Positions 11,694-24,200 of a stretch of DNA of 64,000 nucleotides are shown one piece after another. Below the pieces are notes generated by a model. That model searched no databases, had not been told where the DNA came from, and worked only from the letters and a program-made list of their open reading frames with translations. Numbering within the stretch: the first letter of the stretch is position 1; every line of letters begins with the position of its first letter. Both the position numbers and the translations under genes were made by a program. Origin of the DNA: Eledone cirrhosa (Eukaryota); contig CAXHJY010000096.1 in assembly GCA_964016885.1 (NCBI GenBank), positions 2,356,001-2,420,000 of the forward strand. The letters are read 5' to 3'.

Positions 11694-13519
11694 GAAGGGG
11701 AGATAATTTAAAAAAAAATCAGGCGGAGATAATTTGTAAAAAAAAATCAGGGGGAGATAATTTGTAAAAAAAAATCAGGGGGAGATAATTTGTAAAATAA
11801 ATCAAGGGGAGATAATTTCCAGCCGTCCAAGGGGAGATAATTTTCAGCCGTCCAAGGGGAGATAATTTCCCGCCAGCCAAGGGAAGATAATATTTAAAAA
11901 AATCAGGCGGAGATAATTTGTAAAAAAAATCAGGGGGAGATAATTTGTAAAAAAATCAGGGGGAGATAATTTGTAAAAAAAAATCAAGGGGAGATAATTT
12001 GTAAAAAAAATCAGGGGGAGATAATTTGTAAAAAAAAATCAGGGGGAGATAATTTGTAAAAAAAATGAAAGGGGTGATAATATCCAGCCGTCCAAGGGGA
12101 GATAATTTCCAGCCGTCCAAGGGGAGATAATTTCCAGCCGTCCAAGGGGAGATAATTTCCATCCTTCCAAGGGGATATAATTTCCAGCCGTCCAAGGGGA
12201 GATAATTTCCATCCTTCCAAGGGGATATAATTTCCAGCCGTCCAAGGGGAGATAATTTTCAGCCGTCCAAGGAGAGGTAATTTCTAGCCGTCCAAGGAGA
12301 GATAATTTCCAGCCGTCCAAGGGGAGATAATTTCCAGCCGTCCAAGGGGAGATAATTTCCAGCCGTCCAAGGAGACATATTTTCCAGCCGTCCAAGGAGA
12401 GGTAATTCCTAGCCGTCCAAGGGGAGATAAATTCCAGCCTCCAAGGGGAGATAATTTCCAGCCAGCCAAGGGGAGATCATTTGTAAAAAAAATCAGGGGG
12501 AGATAATTTGTAAAAAAAATCAGGGGGAGATAATTTGTAAAAAAAAATCAGAGGGAGATAATTTGTAAAAAATAATCAGGGGGAGATAATTTGTAAAAAA
12601 AATCAAGGGGAGATAATTTCCAGCCGTCCAAGGGGAGATAATTTTCAGCCGTCCAAGGGGAGATAATTTCCCGCCAGCCAAGGGAAGATAATATTTAAAA
12701 AAATTAGGCGGAGATAATTTGTAAAAAAAATCAGGGGGAGATAATTTGTAAAAAAATCAGGGGGAGATAATTTGTAAAAAAAATCAGGGGGAGATAATTT
12801 GTAAAAAAAAATCAGGGGTAGATAATTTGTAAAAAAAAATCAGGGGGAGATAATTTGTAAAAAAAATCAGGGGGAGATAATTTGTAAAAAAAATCAGGGG
12901 GAGATAATTTGTAAAAAAAAATCAGGGGTAGATAATTTGTAAAAAAAAATCAGGGGGAGATAATTTGTAAAAAAAATCAAGGGGAGATAATTTCCAGCCG
13001 TCCAAGGGGCTATAATTTCCAGCGTCCAAGGGGAGATAATTTCCAGCCAGCGAAGGGGAGATAATTTTTTTTTCAAAATCATTGGGAGATTTGTAAAAAA
13101 AATCAGGGGGAGATAATTTGTAAAAAAAATCAAGGGGAGATAATTTCCAGCCGTCCAAGGGGAGGTAATATCTAGCCGTCCAAGGGGAGATAATTTCCAG
13201 CCGTCCAAGTGTAGATAATATCCAGCCGTCCAAGGACATATTTTCCAGCCGTCCAAGGAGAGGTAATTTCTAGCCGTCCAAGGGGAGATAAATTCCAGCC
13301 TCCAAGGGGAGATAATTTCCAGCCAGCCAAGGGGAGATAATTTGTAAAAAAATCAGGGGGAGATAATTTGTAAAAAAAATCAGGGGGAGATAATTTGTAA
13401 AAAAAAATCAGGGGGAGATAATTTGTAAAAAAAATCAGGGGGAGATAATTTGTAAAAAAATCAGGGGGAGATAATTTGTAAAAGAAAAATCAGGGGGAGA
13501 TAATTTGTAAAAAAAATCA

Positions 13520-15200
13520 GGGGGAGATAATTTCCAGCCGTCCAAGGGGAGATAATTTTCAGCCGTCCAAGGGGAGATAATTTCCCGCCAGCCAAGGGAA
13601 GATAATATTCAAAAAAATCAGGCGGAGATAATTTGTAAAAAAAATCAGGGGGAGATAATTTGTAAAAAAATCAGGGGGAGATAATTTGTAAAAAAAAAAT
13701 CAGGGGGAGATAATTTGTAAAAAAAATCAGGGGGAGATAATTTGTAAAAAAAAATCAGGGGTAGATAATTTGTAAAAAAAAATCAGGGGGAGATAATTTG
13801 TAAAAAAAAATCAGGGGGAGATAATTTGTAAAAAAAATGAAAGGGGAGATAATATCCAGCCGTCCAAGGGGAGATAATTTCCAGCCGTCCAAGGGGAGAT
13901 AATTTCCAGCCGTCCAAGGGGAGATAATTTCCATCCTTCCAAGGGGATATAATTTCCAGCCGTCCAAGGGGAGATAATTTCCATCCTTCCAAGGGGATAT
14001 AATTTCCAGCCGTCCAAGGGGAGATAATTTTCAGCCGTCCAAGGAGAGGTAATTTCTAGCCGTCCAAGGAGAGATAATTTCCAGCCGTCCAAGGGGAGAT
14101 AATTTCCAGCCGTCCAAGGGGAGATAATTTCCAGCCGTCCAAGGAGACATATTTTCCAGCCGTCCAAGGAGAGGTAATTCCTAGCCGTCCAAGGGGAGAT
14201 AAATTCCAGCCTCCAAGGGGAGATAATTTCCAGCCAGCCAAGGGGAGATAATTTGTAAAAAAAATCAGGGGGAGATAATTTGTAAAAAAAATCAGGGGGA
14301 GATAAATTGTAAAAAAAAATCAGGGGGAGATAATTTGTAAAAAAAATCAAGGGGAGATAATTTCCAGCCGTCCAAGGGGAGATAATTTTCAGCCGTCCAA
14401 GGGGAGATAATTTCCCGCCAGCCAAGGGAAGATAATATTCAAAAAAATCAGGCGGAGATAATTTGTAAAAAAAATCAGGGGGAGATAATTTGTAAAAAAA
14501 TCAGGGGGAGATAATTTGTAAAAAAAAAATCAGGGGGAGATAATTTGTAAAAAAAATCAGGGGGAGATAATTTGTAAAAAAAAATCAGGGGTAGATAATT
14601 TGTAAAAAAAAATCAGGGGGAGATAATTTGTAAAAAAAAATCAGGGGGAGATAATTTGTAAAAAAAATGAAAGGGGAGATAATATCCAGCCGTCCAAGGG
14701 GAGATAATTTCCAGCCGTCCAAGGGGAGATAATATCCAGCCGTCCAAGGGGAGATAATTTCCATCCTTCCAAGGGGATATAATTTCCAGCCGTCCAAGGG
14801 GAGATAATTTCCATCCTTCCAAGGGGATATAATTTCCAGCCGTCCAAGGGGAGATAATTTTCAGCCGTCCAAGGAGAGGTAATTTCTAGCCGTCCAAGGA
14901 GAGATAATTTCCAGCCGTCCAAGGGGAGATAATTTCCAGCCGTCCAAGGGGAGATAATTTCCAGCCGTCCAAGGAGACATATTTTCCAGCCGTCCAAGGA
15001 GAGGTAATTCCTAGCCGTCCAAGGGGAGATAAATTCCAGCCTCCAAGGGGAGATAATTTCCAGCCAGCCAAGGGGAGATAATTTGTAAAAAAAATCAGGG
15101 GGAGATAATTTGTAAAAAAAATCAGGGGGAGATAATTTGTAAAAAAAATCAGGGGGAGATAATTTGTAAAAAATAATCAGGGGGAGATAATTTGTAAAAA
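13520..15200 (+). repeat. Copy of ~4230-5910 (offset 9291)
   Basis: ORF pairs 4464/13755, 4520/13811 and 5294/14585 have identical translations. Confidence 0.9.
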
Positions 15201-18200
15201 AAAATCAGGGGGAGATAATTTGTTTAAAAAATCAAGGGGAGATAATTTGCAGCCGTCCAAGGGGAGATAATTTTCAGCCGTCCAAGGAGACGTAATTTCT
15301 AGCCGTTCAAGGGGAGATAATTTCCAGCCGTCCAAGGGGAGATAATTTCCAGCCGTCCAAGGGGAGATAATTTTTTTTAAAAAATCAGGCGGAGATAATT
15401 TGTAAAAAAAATCAGGGGGAGATAATTCGTAAAAAAAAATCAGGGGGAGATAATTTGTAAAAAAAAATCAGGGGCAGATAATTTGTAAAAAAAATCAAGG
15501 GGAGATAATTTCCAGCCGTCCAAGGGGAGGTAATATCTAGCCGTCCAAGGGGAGATAATTTCCAGCCGTCCAAGGGGAGATAATTTCCAGCCGTCCAAGG
15601 GGAGATAATTTCCAGCCGTCCAAGGAGACATATTTTCCAGCCGTCCAAGGCGAGGTAATTTCTAGCCGTCCAAGGGGAGATAAATTCCAGCCTCCAAGGG
15701 GAGATAATTTCCAGCCAGCCAAGGGGAGATAATTTGTAAAAAAATCAGGGGGAGATAATTTGTAAAAAATATCAGGGAGATAATTTGTAAAAAAAATCAG
15801 GGGGAGATAATTTGTAAAAAATAATCAGGGGGAGATAATTTCCAGCCGTCCAAGGGAAGATAATTTCCAGCCCTCCAAGGGGCTATAATTTCCAGTGTCC
15901 AAGGGGAGATAATTTCCAGCCAGCGAAGGGGAGATAATTTTTTTTAAAAAATCATTGGGAGATTTGTAAAAAAAATCAGGGGGAGATAATTTGTAAAAAA
16001 AATCAAGGGGAGATAATTTCCAGCCGTCCAAGGGGAGGTAATATCTAGCCGTCCAAGGGGAGATAATTTCCAGCCGTCCAAGGGGAGATAATTTCCAGCC
16101 GTCCAAGGGTAGATAATATCCAGCCGCCCAAGGACATATTTTCCAGCCGTCCAAGGAGAGGTAATTTCTAGCCGTCCAAGGGGAGATAAATTCCAGCCTC
16201 CAAGAGGAGATAATTTCCAGCCAGCCAAGGGGAGATAATTTGTAAAAAAATCAGGGGGAGATAATTTGTAAAAAAAATCAGGGGGAGATAATTTGTAAAA
16301 AAAAATCAGGGGGAGATAATTTCTAAAAAAAAATCAGGGGGAGATAATTTGCAAAAAAAAATCAGGGGGAGATAATTTGTAAAAAAAAATCAGGGGTAGA
16401 TAATTTGTAAAAAAAAATCAGGGGGAGATAATTTGTAAAAAAAAATCAGGGGGAGATAATTTGTAAAAAAAATCAAGGGGAGATAATTTCCAGCCGTCCA
16501 AGGAGAGATAATTTTAAAAAAAATCAGGAGGAGATAATTTGTAAAAAAAAATCAGGGGGAGATAATTTGTAAAAAAAATCAGGGGGAGATAATTTGTAAA
16601 AAAAAATCAGGGGTAGATAATTTGTAAAAAAAAATCAGGGGGAGATAATTTGTAAAAAAAAATCAGGGGGAGATAATTTGTAAAAAAAATCAAGGGGAGA
16701 TAATTTCCAGCCGTCCAAGGAGAGATAATTTAAAAAAAAATCAGGCGGAGATAATTTGTAAAAAAAAATTAGGGGGAGATAATTTGTAAAAAAAAATCAG
16801 GGGGAGATAATTTGTAAAAAAAATCAAGGGGAGATAATTTCCAGCCGTCCAAGGGGAGATAATTTTCAGCCGTCCAAGGGGAGATAATTTCCCGCCAGCC
16901 AAGGGAAGATAATATTCAAAAAAATCAGGCGGAGATAATTTGTAAAAAAAATCAGGGGGAGATAATTTGTAAAAAAATCAGGGGGAGATAATTTGTAAAA
17001 AAAAAAATCAGGGGGAGATAATTTGTAAAAAAAATCAGGGGGAGATAATTTGTAAAAAAAAATCAGGGGTAGATAATTTGTAAAAAAAAATCAGGGGGAG
17101 ATAATTTGTAAAAAAAAATCAGGGGGAGATAATTTGTAAAAAAAATGAAAGGGGAGATAATATCCAGCCGTCCAAGGGGAGATAATTTCCAGCCGTCCAA
17201 GGGGAGATAATTTCCAGCCGTCCAAGGGGAGAAAATTTCCATCCTTCCAAGGGGATATAATTTCCAGCCGTCCAAGGGGAGATAATTTCCATCCTTCCAA
17301 GGGGATATAATTTCCAGCCGTCCAAGGGGAGATAATTTTCAGCCGTCCAAGGAGAGGTAATTTCTAGCCGTCCAAGGAGAGATAATTTCCAGCCGTCCAA
17401 GGGGAGATAATTTCCAGCCGTCCAAGGGGAGATAATTTCCAGCCGTCCAAGGAGACATATTTTCCAGCCGTCCAAGGAGAGGTAATTCCTAGCCGTCCAA
17501 GGGGAGATAAATTCCAGCCTCCAAGGGGAGATAATTTCCAGCCAGCCAAGGGGAGATAATTTGTAAAAAAAATCAGGGGGAGATAATTTCTAAAAAAAAT
17601 CAGGGGGAGATAATTTGTAAAAAAAAATCAGGGGGAGATAATTTGTAAAAAATAATCAGGGGGAGATAATTTGTAAAAAAAATCAAGGGGAGATAATTTC
17701 CAGCCGTCCAAGGGGAGATAATTTTCAGCCGTCCAAGGGGAGATAATTTCCCGCCAGCCAAGGGAAGATAATATTTAAAAAAATTAGGCGGAGATAATTT
17801 GTAAAAAAAATCAGGGGGAGATAATTTGTAAAAAAATCAGGGGGAGATAATTTGTAAAAAAAATCAGGGGGAGATAATTTGTAAAAAAAATCAGGGGGAG
17901 ATAATTTGTAAAAAAAAATCAGGGGTAGATAATTTGTAAAAAAAAATCAGGGGGAGATAATTTGTAAAAAAAAATCAGGGGGAGATAATTTGTAAAAAAA
18001 ATCAAGGGGAGATAATTTCCAGCCGTCCAAGGAGAGATAATTTAAAAAAAAATCAGGCGGAGATAATTTGTAAAAAAAATCAGGGGGAGATAATTTGTAA
18101 AAAAAAATCAGGGGGAGATAATTTGTAAAAAAAATCAAGGGGAGATAATTTCCAGCCGTCCAAGGGGAGATAATTTTCAGCCGTCCAAGGGGAGATAATT

Positions 18201-21200
18201 TCCCGCCAGCCAAGGGAAGATAATATTCAAAAAAATCAGGCGGAGATAATTTGTAAAAAAAATCAGGGGGAGATAATTTGTAAAAAAATCAGGGGGAGAT
18301 AATTTGTAAAAAAAAAATCAGGGGGAGATAATTTGTAAAAAAAATCAGGGGGAGATAATTTGTAAAAAAAAATCAGGGGTAGATAATTTGTAAAAAAAAA
18401 TCAGGGGGAGATAATTTGTAAAAAAAAATCAGGGGGAGATAATTTGTAAAAAAAATGAAAGGGGAGATAATATCCAGCCGTCCAAGGGGAGATAATTTCC
18501 AGCCGTCCAAGGGGAGATAATTTCCAGCCGTCCAAGGGGAGATAATTTCCATCCTTCCAAGGGGATATAATTTCCAGCCGTCCAAGGGGAGATAATTTCC
18601 ATCCTTCCAAGGGGATATAATTTCCAGCCGTCCAAGGGGAGATAATTTTCAGCCGTCCAAGGAGAGGTAATTTCTAGCCGTCCAAGGAGAGATAATTTCC
18701 AGCCGTCCAAGGGGAGATAATTTCCAGCCGTCCAAGGGGAGATAATTTCCAGCCGTCCAAGGAGACATATTTTCCAGCCGTCCAAGGAGAGGTAATTCCT
18801 AGCCGTCCAAGGGGAGATAAATTCCAGCCTCCAAGGGGAGATAATTTCCAGCCAGCCAAGGGGAGATAATTTGTAAAAAAAATCAGGGGGAGATAATTTG
18901 TAAAAAAAATCAGGGGGAGATAAATTGTAAAAAAAAATCAGGGGGAGATAATTTGTAAAAAAAATCAAGGGGAGATAATTTCCAGCCGTCCAAGGGGAGA
19001 TAATTTTCAGCCGTCCAAGGGGAGATAATTTCCCGCCAGCCAAGGGAAGATAATATTCAAAAAAATCAGGCGGAGATAATTTGTAAAAAAAATCAGGGGG
19101 AGATAATTTGTAAAAAAATCAGGGGGAGATAATTTGTAAAAAAAAAATCAGGGGGAGATAATTTGTAAAAAAAATCAGGGGGAGATAATTTGTAAAAAAA
19201 AATCAGGGGTAGATAATTTGTAAAAAAAAATCAGGGGGAGATAATTTGTAAAAAAAAATCAGGGGGAGATAATTTGTAAAAAAAATGAAAGGGGAGATAA
19301 TATCCAGCCGTCCAAGGGGAGATAATTTCCAGCCGTCCAAGGGGAGATAATATCCAGCCGTCCAAGGGGAGATAATTTCCATCCTTCCAAGGGGATATAA
19401 TTTCCAGCCGTCCAAGGGGAGATAATTTCCATCCTTCCAAGGGGATATAATTTCCAGCCGTCCAAGGGGAGATAATTTTCAGCCGTCCAAGGAGAGGTAA
19501 TTTCTAGCCGTCCAAGGAGAGATAATTTCCAGCCGTCCAAGGGGAGATAATTTCCAGCCGTCCAAGGGGAGATAATTTCCAGCCGTCCAAGGAGACATAT
19601 TTTCCAGCCGTCCAAGGAGAGGTAATTCCTAGCCGTCCAAGGGGAGATAAATTCCAGCCTCCAAGGGGAGATAATTTCCAGCCAGCCAAGGGGAGATAAT
19701 TTGTAAAAAAAATCAGGGGGAGATAATTTGTAAAAAAAATCAGGGGGAGATAATTTGTAAAAAAAATCAGGGGGAGATAATTTGTAAAAAATAATCAGGG
19801 GGAGATAATTTGTAAAAAAAATCAAGGGGAGATAATTTCCAGCCGTCCAAGGGGAGATAATTTTCAGCCGTCCAAGGGGAGATAATTTCCCGCCAGCCAA
19901 GGGAAGATAATATTTTAAAAAATTAGGCGGAGATAATTTGTAAAAAAATCAGGGGGAGATAATTTGTAAAAAAATCAGGGGGAGATAATTTGTAAAAAAA
20001 ATCAGGGGGAGATAATTTGTAAAAAAAATCAGGGGGAGATAATTTGTAAAAAAAAATCAGGGGTAGATAATTTGTAAAAAAAAATCAGGGGGAGATAATT
20101 TGTAAAAAAATTCAAGGGGAGATAATTTCCAGCCCTCCAAGGGGCTATAATTTCCAGCGTCCAAGGGGAGATAATTTCCAGCCAGCGAAGGGGAGATAAT
20201 TTTTTAAAAAAAATCATTGGGAGATTTGTAAAAAAAATCAGGGGGAGATAATTTGTAAAAAAAATCAAGGGGAGATAATTTCCAGCCGTCCAAGGGGAGG
20301 TAATATCTAGCCGTCCAAGGGTAGATAATTTCCAGCCGTCCAACGGGAGATAATTTCCAGCCGTCCAAGGGTAGATAATATCCAGCCGCCCAAGGACATA
20401 TTTTCCAGCCGTCCAAGGAGAGGTAATTTCTAGCCGTCCAAGGGGAGATAATTTCCAGCCGTCCAAGGGTAGATAATATCCAGCCGTCCAAGGACATATT
20501 TTCCAGCCGTCCAAGGAGAGGTAATTTCTAGCCGTCCAAGGGGAGATAAATTCCAGCCTCCAAGGGGAGATAATTTCCAGCCAGCCAAGGGGAGATAATT
20601 TGTAAAAAAATCAGGGGGAGATAATTTGTAAAAAAAATCAGGGGGAGATAATTTGTAAAAAAAAATCAGGGGGAGATAATTTGTAAAAAAAAATCAGGGG
20701 GAGATAATTTGCAAAAAAAATCAGGGGGAGATAATTTGTAAAAAAAAATCAGGGGTAGATAATTTGTAAAAAAAAATCAGGGGGAGATTTGTAAAAAAAA
20801 ATCAGGGGGAGATAATTTGTAAAAAAAATCAAGGGGAGATAATTTCCAGCCGTCCAAGGAGAGATAATTTTAAAAAAAATCAGGCGGAGATAATTTGTAA
20901 AAAAAAATCAGGGGGAGATAATTTGTAAAAAAAAATCAGGGGGAGATAATTTGTAAAAAAAAATCAGGGGGAGATAATTTGTAAAAAAAATCAGGAGATA
21001 ATTTGTAAAAATAATCAAGGGGAGATAATTTCCAGCCGTCCAAGGAGAGATAATTTAAAAAAAAATCAGGCGGAGATAATTTGTAGAAAAAAATCAGGGG
21101 GAGATAATTTGTAAAAAAAAATCAGGGGGAGATAATTTGTAAAAAAAATCAAGGGGAGATAATTTCCAGCCGTCCAAGGGGAGATAATTTTCAGCCGTCC

Positions 21201-24200
21201 AAGGGGAGATAATTTCCCGCCAGCCAAGGGAAGATAATATTCAAAAAAATCAGGCGGAGATAATTTGTAAAAAAAATCAGGGGGAGATAATTTGTAAAAA
21301 AATCAGGGGGAGATAATTTGTAAAAAAAAAAATCAGGGGGAGATAATTTTTAAAAAAAATCAGGGGGAGATAATTTGTAAAAAAAAATCAGGGGGAGATA
21401 ATTTGTAAAAAAAATGAAAGGGGAGATAATATCCAGCCGTCCAAGGGGAGATAATTTCCAGCCGTCCAAGGGGAGATAATTTCCAGCCGTCCAAGGGGAG
21501 ATAATTTCCATCCTTCCAAGGGGATATAATTTCCAGCCGTCCAAGGGGAGATAATTTCCATCCTTCCAAGGGGATATAATTTCCAGCCGTCCAAGGGGAG
21601 ATAATTTTCAGCCGTCCAAGGAGAGGTAATTTCTAGCCGTCCAAGGAGAGATAATTTCCAGCCGTCCAAGGGGAGATAATTTCCAGCCGTCCAAGGGGAG
21701 ATAATTTCCAGCCGTCCAAGGAGACATATTTTCCAGCCGTCCAAGGAGAGGTAATTCCTAGCCGTCCAAGGGGAGATAAATTCCAGCCTCCAAGGGGAGA
21801 TAATTTCCAGCCAGCCAAGGGGAGATAATTTGCAAAAAAAATCAGGGGGAGATAATTTGTAAAAAAAATCAGGGGGAGATAATTTGTAAAAAAAAATCAG
21901 GGGGAGATAATTTGTAAAAAATAATCAGGGGGAGATAATTTGTAAAAAAAATCAAGGGGAGATAATTTCCAGCCGTCCAAGGGGAGATAATTTTCAGCCG
22001 TCCAAGGGGAGATAATTTCCCGCCAGCCAAGGGAAGATAATATTTAAAAAAATTAGGCGGAGATAATTTGTAAAAAAAATCAGGGGGAGATAATTTGTAA
22101 AAAAATCAGGGGGAGATAATTTGTAAAAAAAATCAGGGGGAGATAATTTGTAAAAAAAATCAGGGGGAGATAATTTGTAAAAAAAAATCAGGGGGAGATA
22201 ATTTGTAAAAAAAATCAAGGGGAGATAATTTCCAGCCGTCCAAGGGAAGATAATTTCCAGCCCTCCAAGGGGCTATAATTTCCAGCGTCCAAGGGGAGAT
22301 AATTTCCAGCCAGCGAAGGGGAGATAATTTTTTTAAAAAAATCATTGGGAGATTTGTAAAAAAAATCAGGGGGAGATAATTTGTAAAAAAAATCAAGGGG
22401 AGATAATTTCCAGCCGTCCAAGGGGAGGTAATATCTAGCCGTCCAAGGGGAGATAATTTCCAGCCGTCCAAGGGGAGATTATTTCCAGCCGTCCAAGTGT
22501 AGATAATATCCAGCCGTCCAAGGACATTTTCCAGCCGTCCAAGGAGAGGTAATTTCTAGCCGTCCAAGGGGAGATAAATTCCAGCCTCCAAGGTGAGATA
22601 ATTTCCAGCCAGCCAAGGGGAGATAATTTGTAAAAAAATCAGGGGGAGATAATTTGTAAAAAAAATCAGGGGGAGATAATTTGTAAAAAAAAATCAGGGG
22701 GAGATAATTTGTAAAAAAAATCAGGGGGAGATAATTTGTAAAAAAAAATCAGGGGGAGATAATTTGTAAAAAAAATCAAGGGGAGATAATTTCCAGCCGT
22801 CCAAGGGGAGATAATTTCCCGCCAGCCAAGGGAAGATAATATTTAAAAAAATCAGGCGGAGATAATTTGTAAAAAAAATCAGGGGGAGATAATTTGTAAA
22901 AAAATCAGGGGGAGATAATTTGTAAAAAAAAAATCAGGGGGAGATAATTTGTAAAAAAAATCAGGGGGAGATAATTTGTAAAAAAAAATCAGGGGTAGAT
23001 AAATTGTAAAAAAAAATCAGGGGGAGATAATTTGTAAAAAAATCAGGGGGAGATAATTTGTAAAAAAAATGAAAGGGGAGATAATATCCAGCCGTCCAAG
23101 GGTAGATAATTTCCAGCCGTCCAAGGGGAGATAATTTCCAGCCGTCCAAGGGGAGATAATTTCCATCCTTCCAAGGGGATATAATTTCCAGCCGTCCAAG
23201 GGGAGATAATTTCCCGCCAGCCAAGGGAAGATAATTTTTAAAAAAATCAGGCGGAGATTGTAAAAAAAATCAGGGGGGAGATAATTTGTAAAAAAAATCA
23301 GGGGGAGATAATTTGTAAAAAAAAATCAGGGGGAGATAATTTGTAAAAAATAATCAGGGGGAGATAATTTGTAAAAAAAAATCAAGGGGAGATAATTTCC
23401 AGCCGTCCAAGGGGAGATAATTTCCCGCCAGCCAAGGGAAGATAATTTTTAAAAAAATCAGGCGGAGATTGTAAAAAAAATCAGGGGGGAGATAATTTGT
23501 AAAAAAATCAGGGGGAGATAATTTGTAAAAAATAATCAGGGGGAGATAATTTGTAAAAAAATTCAAGGGGAGATAATTTCCAGCCGTCCAAGGGGAGATA
23601 ATTTCCCGCCAGCCAAGGGAAGATAATATTTAAAAAAATTAGGCGGAGATAATTTGTAAAAAAAATCAGGGGGAGATAATTTGTAAAAAAATCAGGGGGA
23701 GATAATTTGTAAAAAAAATCAGGGGGAGATAATTTGTAAAAAAAATCATGGGGAGATAATTTGTAAAAAAAAATCAGGGGGAGATAATTTGTAAAAAAAA
23801 ATCAGGGGGAGATAATTTGTAAAAAAAATCAAGGGGAGATAATATCCAGCCGTCCAAGGAGAGATAATTTTAAAAAAAAATGAGGCGGAGATAATTTGTA
23901 AAAAAAAAATCAGGGGGAGTTAATTTGTAAAAAAAAATGAGGGGGAGATAATTTGTAAAAAAAATCAAGGGGAGATAATTTCCAGCCGTCCAAGGGGAGA
24001 TAATTTTCAGCCGTCCAAGGAGAGGTAATTTCTAGCCGTCCAAGGGGAGATAATTTCCAGCCGTCCAAGGGGAGGTAATTTCCAGCCGTCCAAGGGGAGA
24101 TAAATTAAAAAAAAAAATCAGGCGGAGATAATTTGTAAAAAAAATCAAGGGGAGATAATTTGCAGCCGTCCAATGGGAGATAATTTTCAGTCGTCCAAGG

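Larger units (their letters stand above)
1..17737 (+). repeat. Higher-order repeat, first copy of the segment repeated at 43644-64000
   Basis: ORF offsets are 43643 (222/43865 to 6320/49963), 45852 (7503/53355), 45851 (13755/59606) and 46263 (15825/62088). Confidence 0.95.
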
